This document shows positions 11,342 through 20,000 of a stretch of DNA of 20,000 nt, piece by piece. Positions within the stretch are counted from its first letter, which is position 1. The number at the start of each line of letters is the position of its first letter. Location of the stretch: the NCBI RefSeq assembly GCF_001186125.1, contig NW_014040525.1, forward strand, positions 57,238 through 77,237. The letters run 5' to 3'. Below the pieces are notes generated by a model. The model made no database searches, was not told the DNA's origin, and saw nothing but the letters and a program-made list of their open reading frames with translations. The DNA comes from Sphaeroforma arctica JP610 (lineage: Eukaryota). A program made the position numbers and the translations under genes.

Positions 11342-11364
11342 TAGGGTTTAGGGTTTCAGGGTTT
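11342..11364 (+). repeat. Short telomere-like tract TAGGG TTTAGGG TTTCAGGG TTT at the X1/W junction
   Basis: Seen directly; only about 3 units. Confidence 0.5.
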
Positions 11365-12900
11365 TATTTGAACTTATGAACCTACCGGATAACATTGATA
11401 TAATATTGGGAATGTATATTATGGGTGAGTTGGGATTAGGCTTAACCGGATTAGTATCTCCATTTCCAGAGATTAATCGTAATGTTATGAATGGACTACT
11501 GGAACCAATCAATATTCGAATGGCCCCAGACTTGTCCGAGCCAGGTGATAAACGCGCACGCCTATGCCAATACCTGAATGCTAATGACACTATTCTGGAT
11601 GGAGCTCGCTGCACACTCCCGGGTAGTGAGGTGTCACTCCCTATTCCTCGGGATAAACTCCTGGGCCTACGTCGGCAGACAAGAAATTTTGTATCTGACA
11701 AATACAAACCACATGTAACGAAACAAGTAGACAAATGGGGACACGAACTGGTCACCAATCGTCGAACATCGGCGTCGATCGTTAACCTTCCTTTGTTGGC
11801 AGTATCATCATTCACACCGTCGGGTGAACTTATTAAGGTGCGCGTGTGCTTGGACCTGCGGCAGATTAACGCTCTTATTCCGGGCGATCAGTTTATGCTT
11901 CCGAAGGTCAACGAAATCATCAGCAACTTGAAGGGCAAGCGTTACTACACCACGTTGGACTTATCGGCCGCGTACCATCGGTTACCGGTGCACGTCGATT
12001 CGCAGCACATGTTTTCGTTTACATGGAACAGTCAGCAGTACTCGTTTACGTCGGCTCCCTTTGTATTGACGACACTTACGTCACAATTTCAACGGACAAT
12101 TGGTAGTTTGATGGCAGGACTGGACGTGCAATGCTATGTTGATGATCTAATTATTGCATCGGACGATTACGAGGAGCACATTGCTATGGTTCAAGAGGTC
12201 ATTCGACGCTTGACGGAGAATAACTTCAAACTTAATCAGAAGAAATGTCACTTTGCGGTACGAGAGGTGATGATCCTGGGCAAGAAGATATCAGCTAAAG
12301 GCATTGACGTGGATCATGAGAAGCAGCAACGTTTAATTGACTGGCCAGTTCCAAGATGTCAAAGGAATATTGCCTCTGCGTTAGGATTAGCAAACTTTCT
12401 ACATGAGCATCTACCGAACATTGCACACAAGGTAGCTCCACTCCGAACCTTTTCTAAACTTAAGCCAAGGGAGTCCAGTGGGGATCGCTGGAAGCCAGAA
12501 CATCAATTGGCGTGGGACCAGATGAAAGCGGCTATCGTGTCGGTAGTCAGGTTGAACTTTCCTGTTGATGGTGTACCACTTGAGTTAGAGACTGATGCAA
12601 GCGATTATGGAATTGGTGGCGCATTGTTTCGATTGATTGACGGGCGCAAACATTACCTGATGTTCTTCTCGAAAACTCTCAACAAGGCACAACAGACATA
12701 TGCAACCCCGATGAAAGAAATATTAGCACTTACCTATGCTTTGGTCCACTTGCATGATCATATCATTGGACAGCGGTTTATTGTACACACCGACCATAAG
12801 GCTCTCATATACATGAACACTCAGCTGAAGCTGAATAGTATATTGCAGCGATGGCATCATATTATTGCACAATTCAATTTTACTATTACACATATACCTG
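11365..12900 (+). mobile_element. Gypsy element W: uninterrupted pol fragment (PR C-terminus, RT, RNase H), truncated at both ends
   Basis: 509-aa ORF: DIILGM, RVCLDLRQIN, TTLDLSAAYH, YVDD, ETDASDYGIG, KEILAL, HTDHKAL, FTITHIP; it ends exactly where the X2 LTR begins. Confidence 0.93.
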
Positions 12901-13502
12901 TGTAGAAATACGGCCTCCGGTCAGTCTAAGATATCAAGATCAAATGAGATAACGCATTGGTTTTTATTTGTATTTAAAATAATTTAATACAAGTTCTTTT
13001 TCAAATATTTACAAAGTGTTCTAAATTCACTTTGATGGCTCCAATAGCCTGAGTATTTGGTATGACTCATTTACTTGGACCTATTTGAGACGATAGTAGA
13101 TGCAAGATATCATAAACTAAATTTTATAATCTCTGAACTACTACTTACAGGTTTTGGTCTTCCCGCCAATATCCAAAATCCAATAAGTCTTTTTCTTTTT
13201 TTAACTTTTCTTCAGATGGAACTTTATTTATATTAGCTAATGTATTAACTTGACTTATGTTCTTAGGTGTCTAACTACAAATTAGACATGTGGTCATGAA
13301 CACTTAGTACTTCTAGTGAAAATTATTCAATAAAGATCAGCTAGAGGTACGTCCTGTGTGATCGAGGATATTAAGGCTCTTACCAAGAGGCAGTCCCGAT
13401 CATTCTTACACAAGCTACCACTGCTAAATCCTAACTGACTTAAATTGTATCTTAGTTTATATAACATAGTTTAAAACATAGAAATATACGTCGAAGCTTA
13501 CA
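12901..13502 (+). mobile_element. 5' LTR of element X2 (602 bp)
   Basis: TGTA...TACA termini. The left edge is confirmed by the copy starting at 7528 and the right edge by the inverted copy ending at 19927. AATAAA at 13329. Confidence 0.85.
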
Positions 13503-13600
13503 TATTTTTCAGTTATTTAGTAGTACCGTAGTGTACTGCTTCTAGACTGTCTAACAATTGCTTACTATCCAGCGACAGGACTGTAAGTATTCTATACTAC

Positions 13601-13756
13601 CTCATAGTGGCTAATGCTACCCTAAATTTAGCTACACGCTAGTTACTATACCTAGACTTTATTAATATTCCTATTCTTCTCATAGTGGCTAATACTACCC
13701 TAAAGTTAGCTACACGCTAGTTACTATACCTAGACTTTATTAATATTCCTATTCTT
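13601..13756. repeat. 2 x 78-bp direct tandem repeat in the X2 leader, just upstream of the gag ATG
   Basis: CTCATAGTGGCTAAT...CCTATTCTT at 13601 and 13679, two mismatches. Confidence 0.95.
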
Positions 13757-13767
13757 GAGCTATTACT

Positions 13768-15767
13768 ATGATTAAAGGAAATTCTAAAGGCAAGGGAGCC
13801 GCCAGCTCTAAGCCTGCTAAGCCTGTTGAGGTTCCTGAGGTTACTGGGGACGTTGGTCCGTCTGGTACTGAGCCTGCCGTTGAAGCTGTAGAGGAAGCCG
13901 TTTCTGAGCTTGGTTCTGAGGAAAACTCTGAGGATGATTCGTCGGACCCTAAAGCCTTGGAAGTGGAGGTCTCAACTGCCGCGGAAAGGCTCGCCAGCGT
14001 CCGTGTGTCTCCTAGTAGTGCAGCCCGGGGCCTCAGCTCGCAATCTGACCGCGAAAAGTCAGATATTGGAATGGCTATATCTTCTGAACAAGTGGAGGAA
14101 TCGTCTCGAGATCGACGGTTTATTACTACTAAAAGTCGGCCTAATCCGCCAACTAACAATTATGGTGGCGTTCCATTTCGTGAAATTTCATTGAATACCT
14201 CGCCACTGAACGTTGGGGCAGAAGACGCAAATGTTGGGGACGCCATAACTTGACAACGAGTGGTTGGATCTTCTCAATCTCGACGCCATTTGAACCGTAA
14301 AGATAAGCTTTTAAAGGAGCTAGCCGCTGCCACAGCTTCTGACCCTTCGATCATATCCCACGTGGCCGATATTCTTCGTACCGACGAAAAAATTTCGAGC
14401 CGGGTTTCAATTCTGAGACCCACTGGTTTACCAGCCAGCAGGGTTACTGCCGAGCCAATTACCGCTGGTGAAGTGGGTAAAAGCTCAAGATTTAATCTCT
14501 ATAGCATGGAAGCTACAATCGACCATCCTCTCGACAAACCTAACCCTGTCAGAGGCTATGATCGTATGGAAATCGAAGAGGCTTACCACCCTCATAACAT
14601 CGATCTTCATTTACCATCTAACCCTGGTAATCACGACTTTGGTAATCGTTATACCAGTACCGCACTAGAGAGTACCCACTCTAGCTCTGAAGACGAGGAA
14701 GTGAGAACCAGACACCATCGTCTCAGGCTATTACGTTCTGGTATGCAAGTCCTTGAGGATTGTCTATTGAATGACTCTGACCTTGACGATAAGGAAGCGG
14801 ATAACATTCGCTATCTAATCGATAACAAGAAAAAGGAGATAGACTCCATCTTGGCACTAGCTGCCCGTAGCACTGAACGTGAGCCTCGTGAACGCTTCAA
14901 ACCAAGCTTATAAAGCAGCTAGGTAACGCGAAGGCTGAGGTCGATTTCTCTACTAATTAGAGTACAGTGGAGACACTGAAGGCTTTTGACCAACTTAAGG
15001 AGTCTGCCAGCCTTAAGGATAAGCAGATGATGAATGCCTTTATTCATTTCTGTGAGTCAGAAGAATGGAAAACTATCTTGAAGGCCCACGAGCCCAACTG
15101 GAAAGCCCTACCTTGGCGCCAGTTGCGTGAGAATATACTTAACGCCTTCTTTGAAAATGCACGTGACCGTGACCTTCTAGAGTCTCGCAAGTCCGTTGCG
15201 ACCGATACTACTATTCGAGGTGCTCTAGCTCATATGACACATATGAACACTCGGATGGGAGGTTGTACCTATACTGGCGAATATTTATTAATTTGTCAGA
15301 TGATGGAGACTCTGGGGGCTAACTTTTTTAAAAAGGTCAATGATGATATCATCGCCTATGGTGATTTGCGATATATGCCTTGGTCTGTCTTTGAAAAGAT
15401 AGTTCAAAAGCATACCAATCCATCTACTAGAGTACTTAGTACCGCGAGCTTTACCCAGCCCGCTAAGCGTACCGCGATAGAGAATAACACTGCGCGTAAT
15501 ACTAAAAAACCTTGCACTACTGCCGGAGGTGGTAAAGGCTCTACTTCTACTGAACCAAAGGGTGAAAGGAAGGAGAGATTACCTTGCAAGAAGTGTGGTT
15601 ACAACCTCACTAAACTTGATGACAAGTGGAATGGTAAGCACGACTCTGTTAAGTGTGCACCAGGCAAGCCAAACTTTGGACACTATATGAAAGAGTGTAC
15701 TACTTGCAAACGTACTAACGGTTGGCACAAAGATGATTGCAAGGACATACCGGACGTTCAAGTTTAA
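13768..15767 (+). pseudogene. X2 gag (about 660 codons; 2 stops and 1 frameshift)
   Basis: ORFs 13768-14253 and 14260-14913 share a frame, then 14967-15767 follows. Lies between the LTR and protease; ends in two Cys/His knuckles. Confidence 0.8.
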
Positions 15768-16124
15768 GCACTATCAGTTCCATATGTGTGCACTAGAGCA
15801 AGATTATGAGAAAAAGTTTAATAAAATCTATACCAAAGGAGATGAACGTATATTTCAAATCGTTTATGTAAATGGATAAAAAGTTATAGCACCTATTGAC
15901 CCAGGGGCTGAAGTCTCTGATATCTCACGCCGAGTAGTTTACGCTACAGATATGGCTATCCATAACGAAACAATTAATTTAATCTTGGGAAATGGCAAAG
16001 TTACCACTTGCGAAGAAGCCATTGACTATGCACACATAATGTTGTCAGATAGAAGAGAAGTAAAGACTCACCTAATCGTTTCTGACATGTATCAGAAATA
16101 CGATTTAATTATTGGTATGACTAA
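15766..16124 (+). pseudogene. X2 protease, truncated
   Basis: VYVNG*KVIAPIDPGAEVS...YDLIIGMT; about 94% identical to X1 by manual count (22 substitutions and 1 indel over ~394 nt). Confidence 0.88.
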
Positions 16125-17969
16125 GGGTTTGGTACGAAGCGTGATAACATATTCGGTAAATGGTTATGTATCCCTGGTAGATGTTTGATATCGAAATGAA
16201 ACTTTAATATCGTATCATACCATTGGCTCAGTAATTGAGAGTCTGGCTTCATCTCTTTCATATATTGAAGGGACTTCTGATCACACATCAGCGTAAAAGC
16301 TGTTCCATATAGGTAATCGCGGAAGTGTGTTAAAGCTGCTACTATGACTAGTAGCTCTTGCTTCACAGTTGGATAATTCAATTGTGATGCATTCATTGCT
16401 CGGCTAAAGAATTATATATACCTAGGTTTATTATCTATAACCTGATATAATACTCCTCCTAAGGCTAAGTCGGAGGCGTCCGTTGCTATTTCAAACGACA
16501 CGCCATCGACTGGTCCTTGTACAACTGGGGCTTGTTGGACTGGGTGTTTGAGCGCTTTAAATGCGTCATCACACTCTTTAATCCACAAGTCTCCTAGTTT
16601 GTCTTTATGACATATTAAGTGTCCAAAGGTTCAGGTGTTCCAGCTTACCGGGGTCGATTTTATTACTTTCCCCAGATATACGATAGCCTAAGAGCTGTAT
16701 TTCGCTCATGGCGAAGTGACATTTCTTCTCGTTCATCTTGAAGTTTTGTTCGTTGAGTCTCTGAAGGACTCGCCTGACTAATGCGGTATGTTCGCCCTTA
16801 GTTTTAGAAAAGATGACTATGTCATCTATATAGACTTGCACGTTCGGCATGTCAGCAAACATTTCCTCCATTACTTGTTGGAAGAATGCTGGTAAGGAGT
16901 GCAACCCGAAAGGTGCACCTCTAAACCTGTATTGTTTACCTTTCCAGGTAAAACCAAAGTACTTACACTGGGGTTCGTAAATTTGCATTTGATGATACCC
17001 CTTTGTTAGGTCTATGAATGTAAACACCGTAGCACCTTCCATTCGTCTCAGTAACTCGTTTATACGAGGGAGATGGAAACTATGAGTCGGCAATAACTTA
17101 TTTATTGGATTCATATACTGACATACTCTGACTTTCTTAAATGTTCCGTCAGAGTTGTGTTGATCAACTGCCAATAATGCTAAGGTAACTGAGGGCTGTT
17201 GGTAATTGATTTCGATTACCCTATCGGATATCCATTTATCGACTTGTTCTTTAACTACAGCTTTGTGTCTCCAAGAAACATAGTTTCTTGAAGGACATTT
17301 GAGCTTAGTAAAGTCTACCTTGGTTAAGTCAAGGCTGACGTGTCCGTCGTTGAAGCAGAATATCGCCCAGTCGGTTATTTTTATCTTCTTATTTACTAAT
17401 ATACGATCCATTATCTTATCGGCAAAGCCAGGAATTAATTCCTCGACTATGTCCGATGGTGGTGTATATGGTTTTAGACAATTATCGTCTGACTGATCCT
17501 TTAATGGATCTATGTTGTTGGGTAAGCCTGTTACGGTTATCCCTCACGTGAGCAAATCGCTCATTCCGACTATAATGTCGTACTTCTGTGACATCTTAAC
17601 GATCCCAGCTTGAGTCGTGATATTTCTATCATCGGCCAGGGAGATATTAACATCTGTGGCCATGGTATCACACTTAGAAGTTTTGTCAACTGCTAAAATT
17701 AGGTGAGGGGTTTGAGTTCGCCTTTCAATGTCTATCATTAATGCAAAGCGGTCGGATATACATGAAATTTCTGAACCAGGATCAATCAATGCAAGTGCTT
17801 TATTTCCGTTGCAATATATAGGGATTTTTACACGCTCATCTAAGGAGTCGCTGTATTTTCTTTGTAACGATTGTACCTGGTAGTACTTTCACTCTAACTT
17901 AATGTCGGGCTTATTGTCGCAAGACTTGGCGTGATAGCCATTGGTCTTCTCACACTTGTCACACTTAGT
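16125..17969 (-). mobile_element. Gypsy element Z (diverged relative of X): gag knuckle, PR, RT, RNase H; truncated at both ends
   Basis: CDKCEKTNGYHAKSC; LIDPGSEIS; IDLTKGYHQ; YIDD; ATDASDLALGG; KQELLV; NHLPNMLSR. Shares LKCPSxNYVSWRHK with X1. Stops, plus a deletion/frameshift near 16610. Confidence 0.92.
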
Positions 17970-18008
17970 AAGAAAGCGTCGTTGTCGTCGACTCTCACGT
18001 GTTTGAAT

Positions 18009-18152
18009 CCGTTTGCGATATGCGGGCACGACGTTGTGGTCGTCAAAGGCATCGGCTGTCACCCATGTAGGAGATCCTTCCAACCAACGTACCAAATATT
18101 CCGACTGTTGAGTCGCCTCATTATGACGGTGCGATATGATATGTCGAAATGT
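18009..18152 (-). other. Chromodomain at the integrase C-terminus of Y
   Basis: FRHIISHR...EYLVRWLEGSPTWVTADAFDDHNVVPAYRK matches chromodomain motifs (IlxHR, eYLVkW, TWxxxxxf, vxxY). Confidence 0.85.
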
Positions 18153-19449
18153 CGACCCGCCCTCTCTCCATAGAGATTCATCAAGTGGTGGTTCCGTAAC
18201 CAGATGTACAAGCCGAATAATCTCCACATTCTCGGGTCGGTCTCTGAGCTCAGGCGGCTTGCTGCCATCCTTTGCTCGTAGATGGTAACTCTAATTTTCC
18301 CGACTATGAATCACGTACGGACCAAGCAGTGGTTTCATGGCTTTGGTCGTTGCTCCCTGAGCGAGTATCATGACGACGTCCCCCGTCTTAAATTCGATCA
18401 AATCAAATTTACGCATTTGATCCGAAGCCTCTGCCATGGCATCAGTATACTTAATCGGTTTCTGATGAAGTTTTGGTAGGATAGTCTTCTCCAAATCATC
18501 CAGCCTCTTTAACCATGCATCATTCGTGGTAGGAATATGACCAGGTAAGTCATCAGTCATGATTGCAAACGGGACATGTCGCCGACCAAAATAAACGCTG
18601 AATGGTGCTGACTTGTGACGTCGTGATATCCGAAGGTTCTGGTATAACATAGTAAACGGCGGACGTTCATCCCACAACTCCGGACAACCAACACACAATG
18701 CGCGCACGCATTTGTGGATTTCCTTATGTCGGCGCTCCGCCGCGCCCAACGTCTGCGGGTGGTATGGTTGGGATGTCTTGTGCATAATGCCCAACGCTCG
18801 TGTGATGGATTTGACAATATTGTTTACAAATTTGGTGCCCTCGTCACTCTGAATCTTACGAGGAATTCTATGCTCACCAAACACTGACACAAACTCTGCC
18901 ACCACCTGTCTTTGCATCCTTCGCAGGTATCGCCCGTAGAATAGAGTAGCCCGACGCCACATCAAGCACATGTAAAATAAATTTGGTTCCTTTAGTGGAT
19001 GTGACCACCATAGAAATGAGATCCATTTGTATGTGATCCCAGGGATATCAAGCGGTAATATTCATTAAAGGATGAAAACCTTTCTTCATTGTATCGTTGC
19101 CCAAGCATGTGCGACATAACTTGCGGACTTCTTCTGTGAATGGAAGCATCTGGTCCCAGCTATGTCCATCGTCGCGCATCTGTTGTACTGTCACTGCTGG
19201 AGCCGGATGTCCTTGTTCGTGAAATTGACATGTCAACTGTACACGACGGTTCGCTTCCTCGTGCCCTGGATGATTCATCACTGTAGCACCCGCACATATC
19301 TCAGGAATTTGTACAGCGGTCTGTCGCGTTCGTTACGTCATAACCGGTTGTGCCCAATCTTCCTGATAACGTGTACCAGCGTCTTCACATACAGGTACCT
19401 CCAAGCCTACGTCACACCAAAATGATGGATTGACTTTGTACCCAGATGG

Positions 19450-19855
19450 AGGGCCAATACGTACCACGATGGTATGCTCCCACGGGTATTTACCACAAGC
19501 TTGTGAGCCGTGATTCAAGAATGCGTGAGCCGTACGTGGGATAAGTAGCGGGTCTGCTTGCATCATCGATAGAAGTAAAGGGAACCATGGCGCACGTGTG
19601 TTCAACGGTAAACATATTGTTGCCGACGCCTTGTCCTTCAACACATTACGCAACACCTTACGTATATGACGCCAAGGTGGGCTCATCCATGCGTTGTATT
19701 TACTCCAGTCAAACTTAAACGCCCCGCCATCCTTGCCGTACGACCAGTATTGGCGAAGCTGAGCGTTATGACTCGAGGCAAAAGCGTCGACGTCGTTTAG
19801 TCCAAAGTGCTTCTGGATCTGGTCAAAGAAATCCGGAAACAACTTCCAACATGAC
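19450..19855 (-). CDS. Y Dam-like DNA amino-methyltransferase domain (no internal stop)
   Basis: WKLFPDFF...FGLNDVDAFASSHNAQL...GAFKFDWS...WMSPPWRHIRKVL...ATICLP...PWF; SPPW at 19672-19683. Confidence 0.85.
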
Positions 19856-19926
19856 GTATAGAACACCACGGGGTAATTGATATCCGCCGTACCCTCATAA
19901 ACACGACTCCACATGTCTGGCAACTG

Positions 19927-20000
19927 TGTAAACTTCGATGGATATTTCTGTGTTTTAAATTATGTTATATAAAGTAAGATACAATTTAAGTCAGTTAGGG
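19927..20000 (-). mobile_element. 3' end of an X-family LTR, continuing beyond the window
   Basis: The reverse complement matches 13430-13502 and ends ...GTTTACA adjacent to Y coding sequence. Confidence 0.9.

Larger units (their letters stand above)
17970..19926 (-). mobile_element. Chromovirus-like element Y: RH tail, MTase, integrase, chromodomain
   Basis: QLPDMWSR; MTase; HEQGH...CRTC; PWDHIQMDL, IQSDEGTKF, PYHPQTLGAAERR; LLGPYVI; chromodomain. In-frame stops at 19333, 19048 and 18291, and a frameshift at ~18900. Confidence 0.92.

Noticed and set aside
16120..16132. Second telomere-like seed (AAGGGTTTGG) at the X2/Z junction
   Set aside because: Too short and largely explained by Z codons for VPN.
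6515..19335. Alternative genetic code explaining the in-frame stops
   Set aside because: TAA, TAG and TGA replace different residues (R, L, K/Q) and frameshifts co-occur; ordinary decay is simpler.
19994..20000. Telomere start (TTAGGG) at the window end
   Set aside because: Explained as the reverse complement of X LTR sequence at about 13430.

Overview
Eukaryotic genomic DNA (GT-AG introns, TA/TGTA microsatellites, one N gap); the species cannot be determined from the sequence. Bases 1-5 kb hold a 4x74-bp minisatellite and a multi-exon minus-strand splicing-factor gene (YJU2/CCDC94/CWC16) whose Zn-binding middle exon(s) are missing, probably in the gap. From about 5.2 kb to the end is a mosaic of truncated, mostly degenerate Ty3/gypsy LTR retrotransposon fragments, labelled here V, X1, W, X2, Z, Y plus a terminal X-type LTR end. 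The main finding: two diverged elements (X1, + strand; Y, - strand) carry a Dam-like amino-methyltransferase domain (DxFA...SPPW) in frame within pol, between RNase H and a DDE integrase. Y also ends in a chromodomain. That domain is classically associated with tyrosine-recombinase DIRS elements. Other points: a conserved in-frame UGA at the gag/pol border, atypical zinc knuckles, breakpoints clustered at homologous positions and telomere-like repeats at one junction. Domain calls come from motif recognition by eye; no database searches were run.
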